A stretch of 64,000 nt of DNA from a virus: the IMG/VR virus record IMGVR_UViG_3300023184_000086, positions 13,235 through 77,234 of that record. One strand, given 5' to 3'. The notes beneath the pieces were generated by a model. The model made no database searches and was not told the DNA's origin. It saw only the letters and a program-made list of their open reading frames with translations. A program made the translations under genes and the position numbers. Of the stretch, positions 16,276-28,200 are shown one piece after another. Position 1 is the stretch's first letter, and each line of letters opens with the position of its first letter.

Positions 16276-19200
16276 TTATCTACGTACAAAATGATAGTCA
16301 CCATCGGGGCCGTTGTTACTAAACAATCCTAAACAATCATATCCCAATGAATCCATATATTCTATAACAACATCTTTTAAAGGAGCACCCTTGTTATATT
16401 CTACTACCTGTAATTCTAATATAATATGTTTTGCAGTTTTAATAGTTTCCTGTGCACCTTTAAGTACATCCATTTCTGCCCCTTGCACATCCATTTTAAT
16501 CAAGTCAGGGGGTGGATATTGTTTAAGATTTACTATAGCATCTAATGTAATTGTACGTAATCTTTTACGATGTGATTCATTAAAATATTGAGGTGCTTCA
16601 GGATTAACTATTTCGTTTTCTATGTAATAACTATTCCCTCCAGGGTGATTATCATTTTGATAAAAATCTACTTCTTTACCGCTTTCGTTACTGAGCAATC
16701 CCATGTGATATTTTAAACCGCGTTCTTGATATAAGAATTCGCAACTATCCATTGCTTCAAATGCTATATATTCCGAGTCTGGCCATATACGTTGTGCTTC
16801 ATTAGTCCAATGTAATACACACGAACCAATATCAAATATAATCTTTGGTTCGAACCCTGAATTTTTTAAGTTTGCAAGATAATTAACATGATCTGCCGGA
16901 ATCAATCTTTGACTGCCTAGTTCACGTAATCTTGTTTTAATATCAATAACAACATCTTCTGTTTCTATTACTGGTATAGTACTATCCACATTAAATGTAA
17001 AACTTCCTATATGTCTGCATAATACGCTAGGATCTGCCCAAATTTTAAAACCATTGTCTTTAGCCTTTCTACAGAAATCTACATCTTCTGATACAGTTTC
17101 ATTCATGCTAATAGCACTATAATATTTAAATTGAGGATATCCTATTTTACGCATAACTTCTGCTTTGATAAGAGCACAACCAAATCCACAACCTGCTACT
17201 TCTACTAAAGGTCTACCTTTTAATTTTCCATAAGGCATATTAGTAACCCCACCTGTAGCAGTATGTTCATATATTTCTAAAATGTGTTGTCCCGGTTTAC
17301 GCTGTATATATAACCCACTTACAACATCTTTATCATGTGCTAACATCTTACTCAATGTATCGGGTGTGAATGCGATATCACTATCTACAGAAAATAGATA
17401 ATCATATCCGCTGACTACCCAATCTGCAATTAGGTTACGTATTTGATCTATATTGTATCCATAAAAATATTGAAATGTAGTTTCATAGCCTTCGGGGACA
17501 ATTAAATCGTATATACTTTTAAATGTATCGGGTTCAATATTTTTAGCAGTAGGTATTGCTATCAGTATCTTTTTTTTAGGTTGATTCATTTTATTAACTA
17601 TTTCTTTCGCATTTTTAGTTTGTTCGTCGCCATTAACCTTATAATCATTTAATGGACTTGCATCATTATAATTATATACTATATCTTGTATACATTTTAT
17701 TTTATTAGGATCTGCTGATTCTATCAGTGCATAAAATACACTACCATCTCCTCCTGCTTTATACCAGTTACCTGTTGAGTCTTGAAATTGACTATCATCG
17801 ATATTATTAAGCAGACTTTTCTTAAATGTTCTTAGATGTGTATAGGGTAATATCCAATTGAAGTGATGGCTTCTGTATGATTTATTTTGTTTTACTTCAT
17901 CCGGATAAGGTTGACTAATTAAAGGAATGCTATCAACCATACTCCAACATGACCCATAGGTAAATTCTGTTGTACCATCATATATGGAATTGTAATAGGA
18001 TAATACAGTATTATCACTGATTAAACTATCATCACCGTCAAGCAACATCACTATGCTATCATCGCTAATTAGTGATCTAATATTTTGTATCTGATTCCTA
18101 ACTGCACCTAAATTTTCACTATTAGATATAACAGTAAATTTATTTTTAACATCTGTAGGTAATAAATTTAATGTTGCTAGTATAACTTCTAAGGTGTTAT
18201 CTGTACTTGCATCATCAATGAGAATGTGTTGATAATTATCATAGTCTTGGGATGCTACACTAATTATGCAACGAGCAATATAATTAGCACAATTATAGAA
18301 TGGGCTAATTATTGCTATCTTTTGTTCGTTACCTGATTTATAATTTTCTAACTCAATTGGATTAGTAAATCTTCTATTCCAAACTTTATGTACTCTGCGA
18401 TTAATCTTTGATACTGCACGGAATTCATCTCTAGGCAAATACATGCCTAACCGCTGTACCATTAATTGTTTCCACTGTAATGCTACACTATCCCATCCTG
18501 CGATGTCTTTGACAATATTACAGTAGTATTGTTTTTGTTGATGTAGATACTTGTTATGATATGCCTGTATTGTTAAATTTACAAACTTATCAATTTGTTC
18601 AGATGTATTGATGTCGGGAAATAGCCCATTAGGTTCAATAGCGTAATCAATTAGATAGCAAGCACCTTCTAATGCAATCTCTTCCAATGCACCAAATCTA
18701 CAAGTAATAATAGGAGTATTGTATAGTAGACTTTCTAATGATGATATACCAAACGTTTCTGGAAAGAGTGCAGGATATATCATATAACTAGCAGTTGTTA
18801 GTATATCGGCAATTTCTTTTTGAGGTATAACTCCTGTATATTCTATACCTAGTTCTTGATTACGTGGATCGGCGGCCATAATACGCCAATCTTTTTCTTG
18901 TTGATCTGGTTCTGAATTTTGACTGAATCTGTAATAGCCGCCGATGACTTTTAATCTTGCACTAGGTATATGTGCTTTAACACGAGGCCATATTTGTTTG
19001 ATAAGTGGAACCATACCTTTAGTCACACTAGCATTGTAAACAAACAGATTAGGATCTTTGGCTTTTATATCAACTTCAGTTTTATAATTACGGGCACCAT
19101 TACGTGTGATAAACAATTTACGTTTTAGTACTTCAAAGTTACGTCTGCGTCCGTGATTGCAATTGGCCACATAGGTTAGATGGAAATCGCTGAGTGTGAA

Positions 19201-19647
19201 TATATCCGTGATGCGATTTTCCACAGCAAGTTCTTCTATGAGATTATCCCCAAGACAAAAGGTATCATGCATCCATAATATACGCATTTTAGCCTTGCTA
19301 ACAACCCTATCATATAAATTCATGCTTTGGAATGGCATTGCCCTACCATCACCTAATTTATGATAGTCTTCTGGTTTGGTAAATGGTATTATTGTTCTAG
19401 AACTGATAATAATATCAAACTCATGATCTAATGCTAAATCAGCAAGTAACCGATACTCTACTCCGTTATAGTTACCCGCTTGAGCATGATCTATTCCGCA
19501 GTTGTTAAAAATGGTAACAGAGAATCCAATGTTATTGAGTTCTCTGGCCATTAGGGTAACAGCACTTTCGCTGCCGCCGAGTCCTTGATTATCTACGGTA
19601 TTACCATCGTAAGGTATACCAATTATATCTATAATAGCAAGTTTCAT
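16276..19647 (-). CDS. Four-module fusion: GT4 + GT2 + GT-A glycosyltransferases + FkbM-family methyltransferase
   Basis: GGSE and ETFGISSLES (GT4); IISPFYN..IDDASTD..LDGDD (GT2); VDSD..GCGFG..SEDVDFC (GT-A); FDIGS..FEA..IKMDVQGAE..VLKG (FkbM). Confidence 0.92.
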   Translation of the reverse strand: MKLAIIDIIGIPYDGNTVDNQGLGGSESAVTLMARELNNIGFSVTIFNNCGIDHAQAGNYNGVEYRLLADLALDHEFDIIISSRTIIPFTKPEDYHKLGDGRAMPFQSMNLYDRVVSKAKMRILWMHDTFCLGDNLIEELAVENRITDIFTLSDFHLTYVANCNHGRRRNFEVLKRKLFITRNGARNYKTEVDIKAKDPNLFVYNASVTKGMVPLIKQIWPRVKAHIPSARLKVIGGYYRFSQNSEPDQQEKDWRIMAADPRNQELGIEYTGVIPQKEIADILTTASYMIYPALFPETFGISSLESLLYNTPIITCRFGALEEIALEGACYLIDYAIEPNGLFPDINTSEQIDKFVNLTIQAYHNKYLHQQKQYYCNIVKDIAGWDSVALQWKQLMVQRLGMYLPRDEFRAVSKINRRVHKVWNRRFTNPIELENYKSGNEQKIAIISPFYNCANYIARCIISVASQDYDNYQHILIDDASTDNTLEVILATLNLLPTDVKNKFTVISNSENLGAVRNQIQNIRSLISDDSIVMLLDGDDSLISDNTVLSYYNSIYDGTTEFTYGSCWSMVDSIPLISQPYPDEVKQNKSYRSHHFNWILPYTHLRTFKKSLLNNIDDSQFQDSTGNWYKAGGDGSVFYALIESADPNKIKCIQDIVYNYNDASPLNDYKVNGDEQTKNAKEIVNKMNQPKKKILIAIPTAKNIEPDTFKSIYDLIVPEGYETTFQYFYGYNIDQIRNLIADWVVSGYDYLFSVDSDIAFTPDTLSKMLAHDKDVVSGLYIQRKPGQHILEIYEHTATGGVTNMPYGKLKGRPLVEVAGCGFGCALIKAEVMRKIGYPQFKYYSAISMNETVSEDVDFCRKAKDNGFKIWADPSVLCRHIGSFTFNVDSTIPVIETEDVVIDIKTRLRELGSQRLIPADHVNYLANLKNSGFEPKIIFDIGSCVLHWTNEAQRIWPDSEYIAFEAMDSCEFLYQERGLKYHMGLLSNESGKEVDFYQNDNHPGGNSYYIENEIVNPEAPQYFNESHRKRLRTITLDAIVNLKQYPPPDLIKMDVQGAEMDVLKGAQETIKTAKHIILELQVVEYNKGAPLKDVVIEYMDSLGYDCLGLFSNNGPDGDYHFVRR

Positions 19648-19656
19648 ATGCTATTA

Positions 19657-19684
19657 ATTATACATTCTTTAATCCCAATGTCAA
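19657..19684 (-). promoter_or_regulatory. Sigma70 consensus promoter for the glycosyltransferase gene
   Basis: TTGACA (19684-19679), 16-nt spacer, TATAAT (19662-19657); ATG 9 nt downstream with no SD. Confidence 0.7.
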
Positions 19685-19685
19685 A

Positions 19686-22600
19686 TTATTTGAGTTGTGG
19701 TTTATAAGTAGGTGCGGTAAATGTAGAAGTATAACGTGCAATACCATTAGTGATTCTTAAATCATCCATATATCCATTCCAACATAAATTGTCATATGAC
19801 CCACCAACAGTTATGAACGGGCTTGTATAACCTGTAGTATTTGACGCAGTATTGTTTGATACTACACCATTAACGTACATATACATTATTCCGCTTCTTC
19901 TAACTACTGCTACATGATTCCACGCATTCGTTGTTACGGTAGCAGTTACAACATATGATGTATTTTCTTTCCAACCTATTACGGCACCTTCTGTTAAAAT
20001 AGTTCCATTATATCCAAAACGTACTAACCCTGCTCCATTTCCAGTAGTCCTTGCGTCTAACAATGCAGGAGCATTTCCTGTATTATATACTGTTGTCGGA
20101 TACATCCACATTTCTACTGTAAAATCACCACCTCCTAAACTAACTGAAGTATTGGTGCTTAAACTTATTATATCACTTGCTCCGTCAAAAAACATACTCA
20201 TATTATTATATTTTTTTACATCGGATACTAAACCAGTATCTCCGGATGTAGACATATCAATGTTTAAAGACGCATCTACAATTTTAGCATTGGTAAAATT
20301 AAGTAATAAATTAGTAGTGGTTGAACTAGCAACTACTGGTGCTGTGGGAATTGTATATGTCTGTATATTATCAACAAGTGTTCCGGATGCAAGGAATGTA
20401 TGTACAGTATATCCACTTATATTGGTTGTTACATCACCACCAACTGCTCGTTGTGGTCCTGAATAGCGTATAATAACTATACCAGAACCGCCTGACCCGC
20501 CTGCACCACCTCCTCCGGTATTTGTGCCGCCAGCAGTTGTAGCGGCGTTTCGGCCGCCGGTGCCAGGGGAGCCAAAGGAAAATCCAACACCGTATCCACC
20601 ACCTCCAATACCACCATCACCTCCCATACCGCCACCACCGGCGCCACCACCGCCACCTGAATAATAATATCCCAGGCCATCTATGTTTGAATATGCTCCA
20701 GGTCCTCCGGTGAGTCCCGATGAAACGCCACCGGCACCTCCACCTCCGCCACCTCCGTCGTATCCCTGAGCAGGAATGGTAGCAGGTGTATTACCAGCAG
20801 CACCAGATCCACCGGATCCTCCAGCAATGCCACCACCACCGCCACCTGCTGATACTATGTTTATACCGCCGCCAACTAAAGATGAATTACCACCGCTAGA
20901 AGCACCACCATTTCCCACAGTAATAGTATAAATTGCTCCTGATTGCGTAGTGATAACAGTACCTGTTCTAAATCCACCACCACCACCAGTATTACCGCCG
21001 CCGCCTGCAACTATTAGGTATTCGAAAGTTGTACCTAAACTAAGGTTAGTAGTAACAACACTATCAGATATCACACCTTTTAATACTCTTAGGTTAGACA
21101 TGTAACCTGGATAAAAATAAATAGAACTTGAACTTCCAGCCGGTTTCCCAATAGTCAATGGATAACTAGCAGATGTAGCAGTAAATGTTGCTGTAGTAGT
21201 AGCAGTGGTTGCTACCTTAACTCCATTTACATATAAATTTGTTGTCTTATTGCTGCTAGCAAATGTACATGCAATATGACTCCAGGCATTAGGTTTAATA
21301 ATACTGCCATTGCTAGACACAAAAGCATAACTACTACCGTCACCTTTGCATATTTCCCAGTAAAAACTGCCATTATTATAATAATTTAGACTTATTCCTG
21401 CACCACTAAGAACACCCGAAGTACTAATTAATGTTTTTTGACCAGAAGTTGTTAGAGGATATACCCAACCTTCTATAGTATAGTCAGTGGTGCCATCGTG
21501 TAAATATGTCCAATTTGGGGTAAGTGTATTAATAGTACTTGTACTGTTAATGGCGATCCAATCTGAACTTCCATTAAAATATGCACTGCCGCCTACCAAT
21601 GTTGGATTGTATGAACCTACATTGGCAAAGGGTGAAAATTTCTTAACAACAGGTATGCCAGACTGATTTATTTTCCAACTGTAACTACTTTTATCTATTA
21701 AATTACTACCAGCACAAGTTAATAGTAATGTGTTATTAACTAATGACAATGGAGCAATTGCTGGGGTAAAATTACTTGTATAGTATGCTGTGCCTTTTAA
21801 TATACGTATGTTTGATAAGTATCCGTTGAAATAAGTACTGGTTGATATACCTATATTTAAAGCAGTAGTGGTAGCATATATAGTAGATGCACTTGTAACA
21901 GATGCGCCTACTACACCATTTAAATAACTAGTGAATGTTGAACCATTACGTACTAATGCAATATGATACCATCTTCCAGCAGTTACATATCCAAATCCAT
22001 TACCATTAAACATATTATAACTGGTACCATTTGAACTAATATAAAAACTTAAATAACCAGATGAACTAAACGCTATTTGCCATGCATAACCACCATGTCC
22101 TATTAATTGTCCAGATGATATATCATTAAAATATACCCAACCTTCAATGGTAAAATTACTATTGCCTAAATTTAATCCCGTTGTGCCGTATGATGCACTA
22201 TTTGGTATTGATAGATTACTACTTCCATTAAAATATGTACTCCAATTTGCGGTGTATGGATTAAATGATCCTTGAGTTAGTTGAGTGGCAGGTGATGCTA
22301 TATAACTATTAGCACTGCTATCTGTCACTAGATTATTGCTCAATGATGGATTAAACACTATTCCACCTGAACCATTGAATATATAAACCCTAAAACCGCT
22401 GGTTGTAATTATAACAGGATTTCCAAGTAACGTAGGAATTGAATTAGAAACAGGTTCCCAAAGTATAGCAATACCCGAACCTCCAGCACTACTATAACCA
22501 CCACCACCATTACCTAAGTTTGCAGCAGCAGTCCCATTATAGTTTCCAACGCCACCAGCAGCATATATTTTTGTATAATCTGCACTTGGTGTATTGACGA

Positions 22601-24761
22601 ATAATCCGGCACCAGCAGCATAGTTAGCCCCGCCGGCGCCGCCAGCACCACCACCACCACCGGAATTAGAACCATTACCACCACCCGCATTGCCATATCC
22701 TCCATACACCGTGGATGGTTGTGTTGCTGCGCCGCCGGCTGCACCTGTTCGTGCATAACTCCCACCACCACCACCACCAGAACCACCTGCGCCGCCGGCG
22801 GCGCCTGTGCCACCACCTGGATCACCGTTGCCGCCCGCACCACCACCAAATGCTATTTTATTTGCATAATTACCACCAAACAATGTATTGCCACCTGTGG
22901 CAGCAACTCCGCCTCCTGCGCCCACCGTTATTGTTAATAAATTAGAAATATTTGTTATAGTAAATGTACCTGTAATGAGTCCGCCAGAACCTCCGCCACC
23001 GCCGTTCACCTGACCCGCGTAGCCGCCGCCGCCTCCACCGCCAACTAATAGATAACGTATAGGAGATGATACAATACCTGCACCTGTAACTGCACCTAAT
23101 GCACCATCAACTGGTGCAAATGTTTGCAGTACCGCAGTCGTTGTAAATGTATGATAAACATAATTTGATACTGTAGAAATAGTTCCACCTGTAGCCAGTA
23201 CATTGGTTCCAGAATAACGGACTATAACAACACCACTACCACCGGCACGTCCTGCGTAACTTGAAGGTCCACCATTATTACCACCACCGGCACCACCATT
23301 TCCTGTATTTGCGGTCCCATTTAAATTAGTAGTATCGGTATTTTGCCCAGTACCTCCAGCAGCATACGAGTTACCATCTAACCATTGCAGACCAGAACCA
23401 GGTGCGCCGCCTGTGTTATTACCACCCGCACTACCTACACTACCAGCTCCACCACCACCACCGCCTACAGCCAATGTGTAATCTGCTGGTCTATAACCGC
23501 CAGTTCCTCCAAAATTTCCTCTACTTATATCCACTGATGATACTTGGATGCTAGTTCCGGAAGTTCGATCACCGCCCCAAGAGCCGCCGCCTCCACCGCC
23601 GGAACCACCTGCTTTACCTGGTGATCCAGAACTATCATTACCAGTTCCGCTGTTTCCACCTCCACCGCCGCCATAGGCGACAATAGTTGAAGTGGTAAAA
23701 TTCCACATTCCTGAATTTACAATAGATGTGTTATTTCCAGTTACACTAGTTGTTGCGCCTCCAGCACCAATAGTAACACGAATTATATTTGTAGATGTTA
23801 ATAAAACATTAGTAATAGTTCCATAGACTAATCCGCCAGCACCACCACCACCGCCAATGTGACCAGCACCAAATGAACCTATTTGACTACTTCCCCCCGC
23901 ACCACCACCGCCTACTGCTATATATTCAATTTTTGGAATTACATTAGTACTAATTGCTGCAGGAGTGGTTACATTCAAGTCTTGATTGCTGAGTAAAAGA
24001 CTAACATAATTAAAATATGGATCATTTAGTGGAACTAGGCTAACAACTGGGGTTGGATATCTTATAACAATAATACCAGATCCACCAGATCCACCTGCAA
24101 ACGGTCCGTTAACATTAAGATCGCTGGCACCGCCACCGCCACCGCCAAAGCCGGCAGTACCATTGCTACCCGCAGTACCTCCATTGCCGCCTGTACCGCC
24201 ACCACCTAGGCCGCCGCTTCCACTTACACCATTTTTCGATCCCCCGCCACCACCACCATAATAAGTGGCAGAACCATTCAAATAATTATTAGTAATACCA
24301 TCGCCGCCCGTTGGGTTACCAACAGTTCCATATGCTCCGCTAGCACCTAATCCTGTACTACCAGATCCGCCGGTGGCGGTGGTTGCATATGAAACAGTAC
24401 TTCCTACAATAGAACTTGAACCGCCGGCAGCAAGGTTACTAGCACCGCCTGCTCCAACTGTGACTAGATATTGTCCAGATAATAAGGTAGTACTAGTTGT
24501 ACGAACTTGCCCTGCATCTCCACCTGCGCCATAAGATAGACCTCCATACGATGTGGTTCCACCTTGGCCGCCGCCTACTAATAATATATCAGCCTGTATC
24601 GGAGCAAATATTGTTAAAAGACTGCTGGCATATGTTGATAAAAAAGAATGTACAGTATAAGAAATACCACCACTGGTGTAATAGGAGATAGTTCCACCTA
24701 TGGCAGAATAGGTGGGATATGTATATCGTTGCCGTTTAATTACACCAAGGTCGAACGTCAT
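19686..24761 (-). CDS. Tail fibre/adhesin with four glycine-rich domains and three LamG/ConA-like domains
   Basis: Repeated L.VGGGG.GG...GSGIV..RY modules; FTIEGW/WxH.A.VR/GY.SN.R LamG motifs. Confidence 0.85.
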   Translation of the reverse strand: MTFDLGVIKRQRYTYPTYSAIGGTISYYTSGGISYTVHSFLSTYASSLLTIFAPIQADILLVGGGQGGTTSYGGLSYGAGGDAGQVRTTSTTLLSGQYLVTVGAGGASNLAAGGSSSIVGSTVSYATTATGGSGSTGLGASGAYGTVGNPTGGDGITNNYLNGSATYYGGGGGGSKNGVSGSGGLGGGGTGGNGGTAGSNGTAGFGGGGGGASDLNVNGPFAGGSGGSGIIVIRYPTPVVSLVPLNDPYFNYVSLLLSNQDLNVTTPAAISTNVIPKIEYIAVGGGGAGGSSQIGSFGAGHIGGGGGAGGLVYGTITNVLLTSTNIIRVTIGAGGATTSVTGNNTSIVNSGMWNFTTSTIVAYGGGGGGNSGTGNDSSGSPGKAGGSGGGGGGSWGGDRTSGTSIQVSSVDISRGNFGGTGGYRPADYTLAVGGGGGGAGSVGSAGGNNTGGAPGSGLQWLDGNSYAAGGTGQNTDTTNLNGTANTGNGGAGGGNNGGPSSYAGRAGGSGVVIVRYSGTNVLATGGTISTVSNYVYHTFTTTAVLQTFAPVDGALGAVTGAGIVSSPIRYLLVGGGGGGGYAGQVNGGGGGSGGLITGTFTITNISNLLTITVGAGGGVAATGGNTLFGGNYANKIAFGGGAGGNGDPGGGTGAAGGAGGSGGGGGGSYARTGAAGGAATQPSTVYGGYGNAGGGNGSNSGGGGGAGGAGGANYAAGAGLFVNTPSADYTKIYAAGGVGNYNGTAAANLGNGGGGYSSAGGSGIAILWEPVSNSIPTLLGNPVIITTSGFRVYIFNGSGGIVFNPSLSNNLVTDSSANSYIASPATQLTQGSFNPYTANWSTYFNGSSNLSIPNSASYGTTGLNLGNSNFTIEGWVYFNDISSGQLIGHGGYAWQIAFSSSGYLSFYISSNGTSYNMFNGNGFGYVTAGRWYHIALVRNGSTFTSYLNGVVGASVTSASTIYATTTALNIGISTSTYFNGYLSNIRILKGTAYYTSNFTPAIAPLSLVNNTLLLTCAGSNLIDKSSYSWKINQSGIPVVKKFSPFANVGSYNPTLVGGSAYFNGSSDWIAINSTSTINTLTPNWTYLHDGTTDYTIEGWVYPLTTSGQKTLISTSGVLSGAGISLNYYNNGSFYWEICKGDGSSYAFVSSNGSIIKPNAWSHIACTFASSNKTTNLYVNGVKVATTATTTATFTATSASYPLTIGKPAGSSSSIYFYPGYMSNLRVLKGVISDSVVTTNLSLGTTFEYLIVAGGGGNTGGGGGFRTGTVITTQSGAIYTITVGNGGASSGGNSSLVGGGINIVSAGGGGGGIAGGSGGSGAAGNTPATIPAQGYDGGGGGGGAGGVSSGLTGGPGAYSNIDGLGYYYSGGGGGAGGGGMGGDGGIGGGGYGVGFSFGSPGTGGRNAATTAGGTNTGGGGAGGSGGSGIVIIRYSGPQRAVGGDVTTNISGYTVHTFLASGTLVDNIQTYTIPTAPVVASSTTTNLLLNFTNAKIVDASLNIDMSTSGDTGLVSDVKKYNNMSMFFDGASDIISLSTNTSVSLGGGDFTVEMWMYPTTVYNTGNAPALLDARTTGNGAGLVRFGYNGTILTEGAVIGWKENTSYVVTATVTTNAWNHVAVVRRSGIMYMYVNGVVSNNTASNTTGYTSPFITVGGSYDNLCWNGYMDDLRITNGIARYTSTFTAPTYKPQLK

Positions 24762-24775
24762 TATTTTTGATCGAT

Positions 24776-25150
24776 TTATTCAGTGGTGATAGTTTGCATG
24801 TCATGAGAGACCCAAGATAAATTTGGCTCGTCCCAAGTATAATACTTACCTTCAACTACGTCTGGCATAGCGACTGGCGCCGCCCATTGGCATGTTTCTT
24901 CATTCAATACCCAACTAACATATGGTTTAGGAGCATAAAAAGCATCTCGTTCTTTATCATATGTATATCCAATTCCCGCATAGTTTTTACGTAAAGGAGT
25001 TCCACCTAACTTGTGCTCACCGGCGTAGGTATTATAACTAGTTTGAACCCACATACTAGGGTCTCCCCAATATCCTGTGTTAAGCACGTCTTGTTCAATA
25101 ACAATTACCTGTGTAACTATGCCGTTTTCAACTTTTGCAAAATGACTCAT
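24776..25150 (-). CDS. Small protein typical of glycine-rich fibre loci (chaperone/assembly-like)
   Basis: MSHFAK..V..VIV, WVQTSYN, RKNYAGIGYTYD and W.AP..MP motifs. Confidence 0.75.
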   Translation of the reverse strand: MSHFAKVENGIVTQVIVIEQDVLNTGYWGDPSMWVQTSYNTYAGEHKLGGTPLRKNYAGIGYTYDKERDAFYAPKPYVSWVLNEETCQWAAPVAMPDVVEGKYYTWDEPNLSWVSHDMQTITTE

Positions 25151-25242
25151 ATTAAAATTCCTTATTATAAAATAATGTTATAGTTATTTATAACATTGTA
25201 ATTTATCCATTTGTTAATATTTAAATTCACATTTTTGAATAA

Positions 25243-28200
25243 TTAATACCACATTTGACCACCTGATGTTACTGCTGTAACAAATTGCGAATCACTTCCA
25301 GTTACACCAACAACGAAATTTTGAACACGTACAGTAATTAATCTAGGATCATTGGCAGGTGTAATTTCCTGTATAAATTGATAATTTCCAGGTTGATCCC
25401 AACTAGCAATCAATTGCGGATCACTATTTTTCAACATCATTTCGTGATCCGTAATATAAGTTGTAATTTGAATGTTACTAGCAAGTACAGATAACGATTG
25501 TGATTCTTTAGTTGCTGTTAACTCCTGTACATTATATACCACAGGTACCTTAGTTGTAATACTTTGATAGTTTAATCCTTGATATGGAGTTACAATATTA
25601 TCAATTTGATTCACTAATACTCGATTTGAAGTAGTTGAAGCCACTAACAATATACTACTAGCAGTATTAACAGTATTTGATACTAATGGCATAATATTTG
25701 GATATGAATAAGTAGATGCTGTAGTATTATATACTATCAATAAAGCACCCGATGCCCCATTTCCTGTGGTGGTATCAACTGATGATACCGCTGCACCAGC
25801 GCCACCACCACCATATAATCCACCGTTGCCACCAACTCCGGGTTTACCACCACCGTTAGAGATGAATGTTGATCCAGCAGTTCCCGGTGAATTAACAGCA
25901 CCAGCACTACCACTATTGCTTAAACCGTAGATATCTACACCACCACCACCGCTAGTAGATGTGGTAACTGATGTTCCACCACCACCACCACTACCACTCG
26001 ACCCTGGATATCCACTACCCAATGACGATCCAGGTGATCCAAGGCCACCTGAACTACCAACCCAATTCCCGCCACCGCCACCGCCACCACCGTATGGACC
26101 GCCCGGTCCTCCATTCTGTTGAGGATTTACGGGCGAGGGGTTTAATGTAAGAACATCACTTGAGAAAAATGCATGTGCTGTATAAACAGTAGTTCCAGAA
26201 GTATATGAATATACAGTTCCTCCAGTGGCTTTTTGTAGTCCTGCATAACGTATAATAACAGCACCACTACCACCACTACCACCGGGGTTAGTTAAGTTAT
26301 AGTGTGAACTACCACCGCCACCACCACCAGTATTAGCACCAGCACTACCACCTGCTACGTTTGTTTGAGCAACCAAAGTACCTGCTATTGCATTGGATCC
26401 AGCATTTATACCCTGTGTATTACCATAACCACCTCCAGTACCGGAGACGCTGCCTCCATTAAGTGGAGCACCACCACCACCTCCGCCTGCACCGCCATTA
26501 CCGGCAATATTGCTGTAGCCAGCACCACCACCACCACCTGCCCAGTAATATGTAGTTCCTAATAAAGAACTTGAAAAACCATCACCACCTTTGGCACCTG
26601 TACCTACTCCACTTGTACCGACTAAAACGGCGCCGCCACCTCCACCTGGATAATAACTACCACCTGAAGCACCACCTTGATTACCTTGACCTGTTATACC
26701 TAGTCCAAAAGTTACACTGGAAGATCCAGCAACCCCGCCACCTGATCCACCAAAAGCGGCTGGACTATTATTATTAACATATTCTGAAGCCCCACCACCA
26801 CCACCGACTACAGTATTATATGCATTAAATGGATTCCATAATAATGAGGTAGGACTTCCTGCTAACAAACCATTTGCTACTAATGCAAAACTACTGGTAC
26901 TATAATCTTTAGTATATGTACTACTTGAACATGCTAATAAAATTGTATTGGTAACAGTGGTTAATGGTATAGATGATGGAGTAAAAGTTCCTGTATATAA
27001 TGCAGTGCCATTAGTAACTCTAACATTTGAAATATAACCCTGTGTGCTACCTGAGGCTTGGACTCCTAACGCTCCTATATAGAAAATAGCATTGTATCCA
27101 AGAGTAGTTACATTTGATGCTGTTGTAGCAGAGGCAATACCGTTTAAATAAACTGAAATAATACCACTTCTACGAACTAATGCCACATGATTCCAAGTTT
27201 GAATTGCAGGGACTCTATCAGTTACAACAAGATTAGCAGTAGCATTATTTAAATAAATGTTAAAACCTGTTCCTGGGTTAACATTTATTGCAAAATACGG
27301 ACTTACGCCTTGAAGTATCATAGAAGCATCACCGGTTGCAAATCTATATAGCCAACCTTCAACAGTAAAATCTCCAGCCAATAAAAATGCCGCAGAAGCC
27401 GGCGTGCTTATTGATTGTGACCCTTGAAACATAACACTATATGAAACAGTATTAGCAGTACTAATAAGCATACTATCAGTACCATTAGTACCACGTATCT
27501 GACTAACACCTGCTGGTGCTCCACTACCTCCACTACCTACTGTTATAGCATATGTACCGGGGCTTAGATATTGATTACTAGTAGTTAGACCACCCGCGCC
27601 ACCGCCGCCACCCATATCGGATCCACCACCGCCGCCACCGGCTACCAGCAAAACATCTACTAATGCTCCATAATTTGCTAAAGGTGCTGAAGACGATACC
27701 GGTGTACCAAAATTTATGTAGCCTGATGCTGTAAAAATATATGTTGTATAAGTACCGGATGATACAGAAAAATTAGCATTAGTAATAACAGACGCAGAAG
27801 TTGTTATAGTTCTTAGTAAGACTACTCCAGTGCCACCATTACCTCCAAGTAGACCAGCAGCATTACCGCCACCACCGCCGCCGCCACCGGTATAGTTAAT
27901 TCCACTAGTTCCACTACCCCCGGCGGCACCGGCACCGCCAGCACCTCCACCACCAACACCACCGATAGCAGGAGTAGCACCTTGACTAGTACCACCGCCA
28001 CCACCACCGCCAGCAAAGTATACAGCATTAGTAGCAGTTACATATTGTCCTATACCCAATGATATCGCAGTAGTTGTACTAATTAAAGTTGTAAAAGTTC
28101 CAGTACCACCTTTACCAGATACTGAGCCGGTTCCCGCTATACCAGCAGCACCGGCACCACCACCACCCCCCGCAGGGTACGGACTTGTAACATTATTATT